Shown: positions 13,146 to 24,424, counted from the stretch's first letter. The stretch is 64,000 bases of DNA from the human T2T-CHM13v2.0 reference genome, Homo sapiens (GCF_009914755.1 NC_060937.1), one strand, 5' to 3'. A program made the numbers and translations. The notes: generated by a model from the letters alone, not told the origin.

Positions 13146-13537
13146 TGTCTTAGTTCATTCCTGCTGCTATAACAAAATACCTTAAACTGTGAAATTTATA
13201 AATGATGGAAACTTATTTTTCACAATTCTGGTGGCTGGGAAGTCCAAGATCCAGGCATCTTCAGATTCTGTCTGATGAAGGATCACTTTTCACTTTCGAG
13301 GTGGTGCCTTGTCGCTGCATCCTCTGGAGGGAACAAATGCTGTGTCCTTACACAGAACATGGTGGAAGGGCAAGAGGGCCTGGCTAGGGCCCTTTATAAG
13401 GCACTAATCCCATCCATGAGGACAGAGCCCTCATGGCCTAATCACCTGTCAAAGGCCTTACCTCCTAATACTATCACGCTGCGTCTTAGGTTCCAACATA
13501 TGAATTTGTGGGGGATACATACGTTCACACCATAGCA
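13146..13537 (-). mobile_element. ERVL-MaLR solo LTR (MLT1A/MST-like)
   Basis: TG...CA termini (tgtcttagttc...accatagca), with internal ggctgggaagtccaagatc and ataaggcactaatcccatccatgagg...ccctcatggcctaatcacc. Confidence 0.9.
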
Positions 13538-13656
13538 ATCCCCAACCTTCAGTAAAAGTCTGTAGCTTTGGGGTAGATGGGTAGGATATTCAGTGTAAGG
13601 TCATGTAGTACAGAGAAGAGATGGCACATTCCAGAGGTAAGAAATAGACAAGAGAA

Positions 13657-13736
13657 AGGGAATTCAGAAGCAGGAATAAGAGCCAGAAGTGACACTAGGG
13701 AATTCAGGAGCAGGAATAAGAGCCAGAAGTGACAGT
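13657..13736. repeat. 40-bp tandem duplication (38/40 identical)
   Basis: agggaattcag(a/g)agcaggaataagagccagaagtgaca(c/g)t at 13657-13696 and 13697-13736. Confidence 0.93.
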
Positions 13737-14960
13737 AAGAACCCAAGCTCCCCAACCTCTGAAATGCCAGAGATACTGCATAATAAGCTGAGCTTCCCAG
13801 AAGCCAATTTACTTATCCATGAACAAGGTGCCCCTAACCCGTTGGAACATGTAGGAACCCCAGTGGATGGTAAGTGTATGTACCCACTTAGAAGGAATGG
13901 AACAAAGCTAGCTTTCTGACAATGGACACACGTTTAGTCTGATAAACTGGGCTTGGGAGACAGGCAGAGGACAGGGACTTGGGACAGAGTGGTAGACAAG
14001 GAATGTGAGTGAGTCAAGGTGGGAAGGCTAAGGGAGCCCTTTGTGTGCCTCGGAGAACAAAGCTGGTGTCAGCTTTCGGCCTTTTTATGCTAATATTTTA
14101 TGATTAAAAGTCTAATTCGTTCTTTGGGTTTTATGATTTATACTGCGTACTGTGTAAATCCAGGAAAACAGGCTAGGTTCTCCACGAGCCACATTTGCAC
14201 AGCTTGATGAGGTTTCGCTTCCACACGGTGTGGCTATTTCTTAGTGGATTCTCTTCTACTTTTAGCCACAGAGCACTTCATCCTGCAGATGTCTTGAGTA
14301 TGCATCAGCTGTGTCAGCAAAGATCCCTAAGACAGAATTGCTCCCCTGGGATGCCGAGCAGGGATTTACTTCTTTAAACCCCCTTTTATTTAAGTGCTGG
14401 CAACAGGGTTATAACAAGGAACATATTTCAAAACCGTTTTCTCTGTCCCTATCTATTTCTGCAATCTTTATTTCAGTAAATAAAACCTAGGGTCCAAGTC
14501 CCATTTTTTCCCAGGATAATTTCGCCTCTCACACAAGAGTGTGTTTCTGAAATACTAAATCAAGGGGCTGTTGGGGCACCCTCAGAGCTCAGAGCAGCTT
14601 GAGTGTGAAGTAAACATTTTCTTTAAGGGGCCTTTCCACAGATATACCAGATGAAAAGTCCAGAGCACTGCATTTTCCTTCACACAGACCTCAGGCTTTG
14701 TGACATCTGGAAAAAGTGGTTTGCTATTTGGACCTTCCAGCAAAACTCTCGTTCAATTGGATTCACATAAGACTGTGCTGTTCGCTTATAGTTTGGACAA
14801 TAGCAACACCTCTCCTTTTACTTGGCAATGCTAGAAGCTATTTGGATAAAAATGAAAGCCCTTGAAAAAGCATTAGGGAAATTGTCACACTCCTGCTGTA
14901 AGGGTGTGAAAGGCTGTCGCTCAGTCTCCTGACCAGAGCTGAAAAGGTGTCTTAGCTCAC

Positions 14961-15143
14961 CTGGATCATCTCAGCCCTCTGTACTGGGGTTTCGACTCCT
15001 GATTTTAAGAGCTGGCATCTTAAAGGTTTAGTCCTTGGGTACCAAGCAGGGGAGACACAGGCCCCACTTGAGCACAGAGAAGCCAGGCCAGCAGAGGAAG
15101 ATAACCCATGGGGCAAACCCGCCTTTTGTTGGCCTTGCAGGAC
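14961..15143 (-). other. Candidate 183-nt spliced exon (unverified, probably non-coding)
   Basis: Minus-strand acceptor tggtctgtttcactcag|G and donor CAG|gtgagc in unique sequence. One frame is open throughout. Confidence 0.3.
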
Positions 15144-18100
15144 CTGAGTGAAACAGACCAATTATCCACCCCACTCACAATCCCAGTCCATGGGGCAGCA
15201 CCTCCCTTCCCTTAGCCTAGGAAGAAATTTCCATGGGAGAGGATTTTGTTGTTCTGAGGGGCATTTGGATGAGAATACAAAGAGAATGGGAGGAAACGGG
15301 AGAGAAAAATCATCAAGATGAAAAATGAACAAGATTTATGAGGGCAACCCATCCCTCTCCCGCTGCTCAGTCCCGCTCCCCGAAATGTATTTTCCAGCTC
15401 CTCATACAGACTGACTTTAAATGAAGCAAGCTAGCAAGCTGCCATCACTTTCTTTGAGAGACTGTCAACAGATTAATAGATCTTCCCAATATAGTAATTC
15501 TCCTCAAATCAAGCCTATATTTTCCATCACATCACTGAATTTATGTTTCCCTTGGAGTAGCCTAAGCCTTTGTTTATGCCTTTTGAATGTTCATTTCATA
15601 TCCACCACTATTGTGTTTCCTTTTAGCAATGCAGTCGCTGGGCCAGGTTATATAGCTCTAAGTCTTTGGAATAAGTTTCCTTCCAATCTGTAATTACCTT
15701 CATGCTGCTTTTCAGATTTCCTCTGGGTATTGTCATCTTCTGTGCTCTGGTTCTCTGCCCTGTGCGGGGATGAGGGTAACTGGGCTGTGCTTGGATCCTG
15801 CTGCATGGAGCAGGGTTTGGCATTTGGGGGTCTGCAGACTTTCTGGCTTCCACGCTTGCTTTAGGACAAGTTATTAAACCTCTTGGAGTCTAAAACTTCT
15901 CATTGGTGACAAAAGTAATTTTTGTCTCTTCCTTCAATCCCCTCACACTCTGTTAACCTCCACACCCAAGCCTGGCTGCTTTATTGATCTCATTCTCATA
16001 GTCGTCTGTCCTCCCCAGGTCTCAAAACCCTACTGGATATGTCTACAAGATCCAGGGCACAGAGAAGAGAGAGGACGGGTCTTTTGTGATTCTCCCAGCA
16101 GGGCAAGGGGTGTGAAGAAATACCAGTTGCCTTGTAGAATACGGACAGAATTGAATGTAGGCAGAGTGAGAATTTGAACTTCTGGGAACAAAGTTGTTAA
16201 ATAAACAGAATGTTTGCATTATAGAGTCTCAAGAGGCTGCTCTGAGACCGCCTTCCTCTCTGCATCATGTTCGGCCAGTTCCTCTTTGTCTGAAAAACTC
16301 TAAAAGACTTCTCTCCTGCTACTTTGTTCTTGATTTCTTTTTGTCACCAAACCTCAGGCTTTTTGTGCTGTTTTTCTCCCATATGTGCTTAAATTTGTAA
16401 AATAAATTCATCTGTGTCTTTTGGTTTTATAGGAAGGTCTTGAGAAAACCTGAAAACCGTTAGGACTTCGAAAGGCTGCTTGATTAAGATGCCACTCCCA
16501 TCCCCCTTCATTTAAAAAGAAAAGCTCTTCAAAGTCTTACAGCTATGAAGACCATATTTTTAGGTTCCTTGTGGTTACTTTAATGTCTGACCTTTCTTTG
16601 ACATTGTGTTTGGGAAAGGCAGGGGATATCTCCAGAGATAAATTTTGATCCACCATTTTCAGTCCACGCCAACTCCCAAATAGTTGACCCTGATTCATCT
16701 TGAAGGCAAATGCTCGGCTTCTTTCACTCTCACCCCTTGGGTGGCGCATCACTCAGACCTTTTGGTTCCCCTTTCCCATCCTCTCCCTACCTCCTCCCAG
16801 TTCACGCAAACAAAAGTTGCCCCATCACCAAGAAACTCAGCAGTCCTGACCTTTTCCTCGCCTTTGCTGGTTGTTTGCCTTGGATCTGCTTTTTGGTGCT
16901 AACGGCCCAGGCATGAGTCCCAGCCTGGGCCCTATTCTTTAGGGGATTCAGCTCGGCTTCCCTCGGCCTGCCTGCACTGCCCCCTAGACTGCCCCTCGGT
17001 GGCTACCCAAACAGCCAAGGCCCTCCCACACCCAGGTGCAATCTAGTGTATTCCATCAAGGGGTGGCCAAGGCAGTCTGTGTGGGCAGTGCGTGGGAGGA
17101 ACTGTGTGGGCAGTTCATGGAAGTGAGAACTGATGTTGGACAGAGCCAGGGAGGAAAGGACAGGAGGATGGGTCATAGGCTGGGACCTAAGTGATAGCAT
17201 CCAGTTTTCCAGAAGCTCTGACGTTCTGCTGCAGAACTGTGAGGAGTCTGAATTCTAAATGGGTCCTCAGCCTTCTGGATATATTTATCAATATAGAGGA
17301 GCAAGCATATTTAATGATTTGTGAGCTTCTGTGTAACTTTTACAAATCTAGACCTGTGCTAGGCAGACCTCCATTTATACTCTTCCCTAGGCCTGCTAGA
17401 AGGTGTTAGGGCAGGCCTGCCCGGGACTGCAGCTTAGAGCAGTCTGATTTTGTTGATGGGGGTGAAAACTGTCAGAGAGAGGTGCTTTCTGCTGGATGAA
17501 AGGAGAGGCTGGAGGCCAGCTCCCCAGACCCAGCCTTCTAGGTGTTCCTACGGCTTTTCTATCCAAATGTCTGCCCCCTAAAGGGAATGTGGCTCTCTGG
17601 GGGAAGGGCTGTGCTAGTTCTAGAACGAGTCAGCTTTGGGGAGCAAACATGGTACGTGCTCTCCTAGTGGAGCATCAGTGGCTTTGCAAGCTGGCTAGGC
17701 AGTGGGCCCCAATCTATTTTATTAGACCCATCACTCAAACTGAACCCAACACATTACTTTACACTGGCGCGGGGGTACTCAGTGGGTAGACCCCTGAGTC
17801 TGTCAGGGGTAGACTTTTCTTTCCTTGTTTGGCTCATTCATGCCCTGTGATTCCTAAAGCATTGCTCATCTCAAGTCTAAGTTGCTGTGCCCCTTGAGGA
17901 AAGTTAAATATCATTGTGTTCTTTACCTCAAATGAGTAAAAAAGAAACGTCTTCAACATGGTGAGTTTTCTTAAAACCTCCAAATAATATGATTAAACAT
18001 TTTCATGGTTGATGAAATAAACTTTTCAAAGTAATATGGAAAAAAATGATTCCATTTAAACACCTTTTAGCCAAAAAAACATATGAAGCTTGTTATGCAG

Positions 18101-18412
18101 TGCAGGAACAGAGACTTTTGCAGGGCTTGCCTGAGCATCTTGAGGTCTGTGGTTCAGCTACCAGCCCCACCATTGACTCAGGACTCAGCTGGGGTGGAAC
18201 CCTGCAGGCAGACAGGCCTGTGTGTCCTGGCAGGTTCCCAGAATACAGGCAAGGGTGCACAGGCAGGCAGGGAAGTGACTGAGTGTGTACATGTGAATTT
18301 CTGTGCAGACCTCTGCAGAAGCAGCTTGAAAGCCAACCTACTAATATCTCAAGGCTTCAGATGTCCAGAATGCTGACCAATTTATGACTAAGATGTGCAT
18401 TTCTGTGTTCAG

Positions 18413-18514
18413 GCTACCCACAGATCCAGGGCCATAAATAACTGCCAAAGAAGAGAAGCCTTCTCTCTTCTCTGCTGTTGCTTCATTTTATAGTCTCAGG
18501 AAATCTCATCATAG
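18413..18514 (+). other. Candidate 102-nt non-coding exon (unverified)
   Basis: gactaa...tttctgtgttcag|G acceptor and TAG|gtaagt donor. Confidence 0.2.
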
Positions 18515-18919
18515 GTAAGTAGTACCTCGAAAACTTAGCCACATTCCTTTGCAAAGAATAACAGAAAGCAAAAAAATACAAACTGCTTCCACCAATCCTG
18601 GATAGGCCTGTGTGAGAAAAAGTTATGCATTCATTTAATAAATGTTTATTGGGAGCCTACTATGTGTCAGTCAGTTAGGGCAAGAGGTGTGAACCAGCAA
18701 GGATCAGAAGCTTGGCTGAGTTACACAGGGCAGGGTGGGCTGAACTGGGGCAAAAGGATTGCTGGCCTCCAGCCCTGATTTCATAGCATATTGAGTCACC
18801 AGATAACTGTCTTGTGTCTCAACCGGCACAGTCATACAGTTTAAGAGTGTTCATTGCTTTGTGTTACAGACTGGTTATAAATAATGACAATGAGACTCAA
18901 CAAAGTTTAACATAATTTA

Positions 18920-19116
18920 TTTTAACCAACACTTATAGAGCTCTTCGTAAGCACTGTTCTAAGCACTTTGCAAATATTCATTAATCTTCATAACAACCCT
19001 ATGAGACAGGTACTATTTTTCTCCCTATCTTACACATGGAGAAATGGAGACATGGTCAAGTAACTTGTTCAAGGTTACATAGCTGATAAGTGGTGGAGCT
19101 AGAATCGAAACCTAGA
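18920..19116 (-). mobile_element. MIR, interrupted by MER81
   Basis: ttaatcttcataacaaccctatgagacagg...gaaatggagac...aagtaacttgttcaaggttacatagc. MIR-like sequence resumes after 19231. Confidence 0.85.
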
Positions 19117-19230
19117 CAAGGCGATCAACAGTCCTGATTTGTCCAGGATTGTTGGGTTTTCTGGGCTGTGGGACTTTCAGTACTAAAATCAAGACAGTTC
19201 CAGGACAAATGGAGACAACTGGTCACCCTA
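19117..19230. mobile_element. MER81-like hAT-Blackjack MITE
   Basis: 114-bp element with TIR-like ends caaggcgatcaac / ctggtcacccta and core gggactttcagtactaaaa. Confidence 0.8.
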
Positions 19231-20059
19231 GAACTCTAGCTTCAAAGTCTATGTGTATTGTTAGAACTCACTACTTCTTCCTTAATTCTTCTGGGGTCAT
19301 TGGCTAAAGATCAGCTTAACTCAAAAACTCCCACCTGGCGTTCATTCCTGGTGGGTGAGAACGGGAGAATGACTGGGAGATGTGTGGGCTCTTGGGGTTC
19401 TGGGAAGGGATCGATCCCATAAGTTTTAGAGCAGACACTGACTCCATCAGTCTTTCCCAAATGAATGGGTTCAGACCTCTACTAGGTACTCAATCCTGAG
19501 AAGAGTGGCTGAACTGTCCCACTTTGTTTCTCCCCATCATGGAACAAAGTGAATAAAGACTGAAAAGTCAAATGGAATTGATATTTGTGGATTCTGATGA
19601 ATTTCAAACTATAGTTTCAAATATACAGTACTTGAGACCAGAAGGGGACTCTTTCTGCAGCTAGATTTCCCTCAATAGAGAAACCCATTTGTACCCTTCC
19701 CACCACTTCCTCTCCAGCCAGTGCTTATGAACAATCTGGAGAAGAGGACAGTGCATTCTCCAACCACACTGCTTGTCTACAGCAGGAGCCCACATTGGAC
19801 TCCATGCCCCGGCTGGCGTCTACTCTTTGTCATGGAGGAGTTTGCCTCTCCAGCCCTCGCCCGGGGCACAGAGCTCTTGCTCTGTGGGCTTCCCTGGAGC
19901 CATAGCCTGAGCCATGCCAGCGAAGTCAGAGAAGAGCAGAAGCTCAAACATCCCAAGAATTGTGTTCCATAAAAGGCTCACTTTCTAGTCACACCTTGTA
20001 CACATTCTCTAGAGAGAATCACCTATTTCTTATTTTTGAAATGTTCTTTAATGTCATAG

Positions 20060-20240
20060 AATTCAGGCTCAGGCAGACTTGGGTATGAATATCAGCTCTA
20101 CCACTTATTACTGTGTGGTTCTATCTGAACCTTGGTTTTCCTATCTGTAAAATGTGCATATTAATGCTTACCTCACATGACCAGCTGTAATCTGGGCAAT
20201 GCACCTAGCTCAGTGCCTGGCCCATAGTTGGTACTTAATA
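20060..20240 (+). mobile_element. MIR
   Basis: cagctctaccactta...ttttcctatctgtaaaatg...cagtgcctggcccatagttggtacttaata. Confidence 0.75.
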
Positions 20241-20515
20241 GGATGCCATGAAGGCTCTCAGAACATCCCTATGAGGATAATGCCTAATCATCCCATTGGA
20301 AATCCATATACATACTTTATTTAGCAACTGAAAGCGTAAATGTGATTCATTTACTCTGAATAGGTAATCTATTTATAGTGTGGATATGCAAGCATGTATA
20401 GTGAAAAGTCTCCCTCCCACCAATAGTCCATAGATGACTCCTAGTTCCTATTTCCTGAAATAATAAATACAGTTTTTTTTTGGAGCCATTTCCAGCCTAT
20501 ATGAGCAAACATATA

Positions 20516-21619
20516 TAGTCATGCATCACTTAATAATAGGAATATGTCCTGAGAAATGCATTGTTAGGCTATTTCCTTGAGCAAAAAGTCTTTAAGAAAT
20601 GAAAAAGTTTATAAATTTGAAAAATTACAGTAAGCTCATAAAGTGTGCTTACACAGACCTAGATGGTGTAGCCTACTACATATCCAGGCTATATGATGTA
20701 GCTTGTTGCTTCCAGGTTACAAACTGTACAGCATGTGACTGTACTGAATATGGTAGGCAACTGTAACATAGTGGTAAGTACTTGCATATCTCTATACATC
20801 AAACATAGAAAAGGCACAGTATAAATACAGTATAAAAGATAAAAACATAGTACACCTATACAGGACCCTTACCATGAATGGAACCTGCAGGACTAGCTGC
20901 AGAAAGAGCCCCCTCCTGCAGGACTAGGAGTTACTCTAGGTGAGTCAATGAGTGAGTGGTGAGTGATTTTGAGGGCTTAGGACATTGTACTACTGTAGTT
21001 TGTATACACACTATACACTTAGGCTACACTAAATTTATTTTAAAAAATTATCTTCAATAATAAATTAACCTTAACTTACTACAACTTTTAAAATTTTTAA
21101 ACTTTTTCATTTCTTAAGGACATTTTTTTTCCTTTTCATTTCTGGTGGACATTTCTTCCACCTCCACATCTTGTCCCACTGGAAGGTCTTCAGGGGCAAT
21201 AACACACACGGAGCTGTCATCTCCCATGATAACAAGGCCTTCTTCTGCATACCTCCTGCAGGACCTGTCTGAGTCTGTTTTATAGTAGCTTTATTTTTAA
21301 ATAGAAAAATTACACTGTAGACTAATGATAAAAAGTGTAGTATAGTAAATACATAAGCCAGTAACATAGTTATTTATTATCATTATCAGATATTACATGC
21401 TGTACATAATCACATTTGTTATATTTTATAGAAGGCCAGCATAGTAGGTTGGTATACACCAGCATTACCACAAAAACCTGAGTAATGCATTGTACTACAA
21501 TGTCATAATGGCTATGATGTCACTAGATAGGAATTTTTCAGCTCCATTATAATCTTGTGGGAGCATCATTATATATGTAGTTCATCATTGACCAAGACGT
21601 TATTATGTGATGCAATTTA
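20516..21619 (-). mobile_element. Tigger3b-like (Tc1/mariner) DNA transposon, internally rearranged
   Basis: TIR-like start tagtcatgcatcacttaa, then ctgagaaatgcattgttaggc, gagtgagtggtgagtga, cttccacctccacatcttgtcccactggaaggtcttcaggggcaataac and gaatttttcagctccattataatctt. Confidence 0.88.
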
Positions 21620-21649
21620 TACATAAATGCTTACATCTTTTTAAAAAAA

Positions 21650-22450
21650 TGTAACTTAGCAGTATATCTTAAAGATTGTTCACTGCAGAAACTGTGGTTT
21701 CATTTATTTATAGCTGTATGGTATTCTGTAGTATGGATGTGCATGCCTACAATCTCCTGTCTGTAATTCCTAAAATTAAAAACAAAACAAAACAAACCTC
21801 TGTGAACCAAATAGCAAACTCATTTGGTGGCAAAACGTGACTTAGACTGATACAAGGACTGATATATAAGGTTCAATGCCCCATATGAGCTTTCTAAATT
21901 TCAAAACATTCTGACATGCAAACCACATCAAAACCCAGGGTTTCAAATAAAAAATTGTGGAGCTGAACTGTAATTCATTTAACTAGACCCTTGTTGACTG
22001 GCATTTGGATTTCTAAAAGTACTTTTTGCTATTACAGTGTGGTAGTAAATAATGTTGTATGTCACTTCACACCTGTAAAATAACATACATAGGATTAATT
22101 TCTAGAATTGGGATTTCTAGGTCAAAGAGTAAATGCATTTGCAATTTTGACATATTTGGCTAAATTATCCTCTGTAAAGGTTTTATATCTTCTCACCCCT
22201 CATAAGCTTATTCCCCCAACATTCTTCTTTTTCAGTCTTTCCATTTGAGAGGAGTAAGCATCTTTTCATACTTTAAATGGCTACATTCAGTTCATTTTCT
22301 GTGAGCTGTTCGTTTATTTATTTTGCTCATTTTTTACATTGGATTGTTGAAGTTTTTTTTAGTGATTTGTCAGAGTTCTTTATGTATAAAGGAAATGAAT
22401 CCCTTGTGATACAATCTGCAATTTTTTTCTAGTTGACTTGCTTTCAACTT
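21650..22450 (-). mobile_element. Old L1M (L1ME-like) 3' fragment, interrupted by MER46C
   Basis: tagctgtatggtattctgtagtatggatgt...ttctagaattgggatttctaggtcaaagag...ttttgctcattttt...ttggattgtt. Confidence 0.6.
21745..21965 (+). mobile_element. MER46C-like Tigger relic
   Basis: acaatctcctgtctgtaattc...actcatttggtggcaaaacgtgac...agggtttcaaataaaaaattgtggagctg. Confidence 0.7.
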
Positions 22451-23240
22451 ACTTGTGGTGGCTTTTGCTGTTGGGTTTATTTGTAGACTTATTTATTTAT
22501 TTGTTTTCTCTCTCTGCAGACAACTTTCCTTCAGACTATGTGTTTTTTTAACTCCATATGTGGCATAATCTATTCTGATTTTTCTAAAGAAAGAGAAAGA
22601 AGTAAAGGATGCAGGGCAAAAAGCTATCCATATGATTTAGGTCTTAGGAGACTCAGGAAATTGATAGGCAACATTGAACATTTTAAATTCAGCACTTACT
22701 AAGGGTTTTGTGTTAAGTTTTTGTATCTATCTATAACAATAGCAACTTTCATTAGTGCATAGTACAATAATAGAATATATATATCTTAAAAACAATTTTG
22801 TTTTTTGTCTCAGTCAGAAAGCACAACCGTGTGCACAGTCACCTAACCATGTCTATTCCCTGTCTCTTGCTTTCCTTTTTCAAAGCATGTTTTGCTCTGT
22901 GGGTGTGCATGCCTGTGCGTGTGTTTTGTTTTTAAAGACATTGCTCATGTGCATAGTGCAAAGGTCATTAAAGAGAAAATTTGATTAGTTATTAAGTATG
23001 TTGTAAATATATTGGTATTGAAGACTATTTATTATATTTCCAAAGAAAAGATAAATGTTTCAAATACTTTAAGATAAAGAAGACTTCTGTTGAAATCCCC
23101 AATTAACTTTAAACTTTTCAAATCAGCAATCAGAATGAAAGGTGGTTAACCATCTGACATTTTGGCAATCTTGTGACATATACCGTAGTAAAGGCCAAAA
23201 AAACTGGAATTGAGTTTCATGAGAGGGAACAGATTCTAAG

Positions 23241-23293
23241 ATTCGAGTGCAGAGGTGCCTGCATTATTCGAGTGCAGAGGTGCCTGCATTATT
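23241..23293. repeat. Perfect 25-bp tandem duplication
   Basis: attcgagtgcagaggtgcctgcatt at 23241-23265 and 23266-23290, followed by att. Confidence 0.95.
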
Positions 23294-23428
23294 GTGGCTC
23301 TATTTGCTGTCTATTTCACTTGCCTATGCTTTGGGCCAGTGTAGGCCTCTTCTCTTTTCACTTTAAGCCTGTGGTTAATTTTCAAGTAAGAGGGCCCCAT
23401 GGGGTGAGGCCCAGAGGAGGCGAAGGCT

Positions 23429-23578
23429 GGGGGTAGGTCAGGCGGGGGCGGGTGGGGGGGGGCCTGCAGACCACAGCCTCTGTTTATCCGCAGTGCAGGT
23501 GCAAGGCAGTGGCGGGAAGGCGGTGCCCCTGGGACTTCTCCCAATCAATCACCCCACCTAGGCCACCGGGTGGCCCCT
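23429..23578 (+). promoter_or_regulatory. Candidate regulatory element: G-quadruplex, GC-box, E2F-like, CCAAT and CTCF-like motifs
   Basis: gggggcgggtggggggggg (23444-23462), aggtca (23435-23440), tggcgggaag (23510-23519), ccaat (23541-23545), ggccaccgggtggccc (23561-23576). Motif inspection only. Confidence 0.4.
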
Positions 23579-23784
23579 TGGGGCTGCCTCACACAAAGTG
23601 CAGCCTTTCTCTGACATCCCAAACAGGCAGAGAGGCCAGAGTTCACAGAGAGCAGGGCTTTCACTACTTGGCTGTTTTTAAAATGTAGTCAAGTTAAACT
23701 GCAGGGAGAGTCCCAAATGGTAAAAATCTAAATAGTCTCACTTTCAGTCCATCTCCCTGCTCCCTGGAGCTGCTCTGACCTTAC

Positions 23785-23942
23785 CTTCGATTTCCTGTCT
23801 TGAGCCTCCCCTCTCCATTTGAGGGGGTCACTGTTGTTTTTTCCCTCCTGTGAAACTCCTGCTTAGCTTCCAGCCTTTGGAGAAAGTGCTTAATATTTTC
23901 AGCAGTGGAGACTTCCTTTGCAGGCTTCAGAAAGACAATTTT
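23785..23942 (-). other. Candidate 158-nt spliced exon (unverified)
   Basis: Minus-strand acceptor ctcactttctttcttccccgaag|A and donor AAG|gtaagg. One frame is open throughout. Confidence 0.3.
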
Positions 23943-24221
23943 CTTCGGGGAAGAAAGAAAGTGAGACCATAGCCAATGCAGCAGCTGACAGCCTCTAGCC
24001 AGACAGATGTTAGAGGAGGCAGAAGTGAGGAAAGATACAATATACTTTGGGGAATTTGTTAATCTGAAATTATTAATTATACTCTTGCTAAAGGCATTGT
24101 ATTAAAAATCGGGCAACAAGAGAAAGAAGTAGAGATGCAGTTTCTACAATTCAGTTCACAATATACTTGAAAAGATCAAATAATGGCACATCAAAAGTAG
24201 AAACAGTAAATGGGTTAGCTC

Positions 24222-24424
24222 GGGGTTTAAATCCTAGTGCTGCTAGTTCATAGCTATGTGACCCTGGCAAATTGCTTAACCTCTCTGAGCCTCTATTTTC
24301 TCATGAGTAAAGTGGAGATAGTGAGAGTATATACCTCCCAGGATTGCCCTGAGGATTAAATGAGATAAGTATGTAAAGTGCATGTCACTGGACTTGGCCT
24401 TCAGCAAGACTTAGTGAATGTGAG
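24222..24424 (+). mobile_element. MIR
   Basis: gtgaccctggcaaattgcttaacctctctgagcctc...gaggattaaatgagataa...tgtaaagtgc. Confidence 0.88.

Noticed and set aside
16541-16752. Minus-strand donor GCT|gtaaga at 16541 with a 69-aa ORF, a possible first exon
   Set aside because: The donor is moderate, the ORF stops before it, and no convincing acceptor or promoter is visible.
16973-17003. Two tandem CTCF-like motifs (ctgccccctag; ctgcccctcggtggc)
   Set aside because: Each deviates at key core positions, and this cannot be supported without ChIP data.
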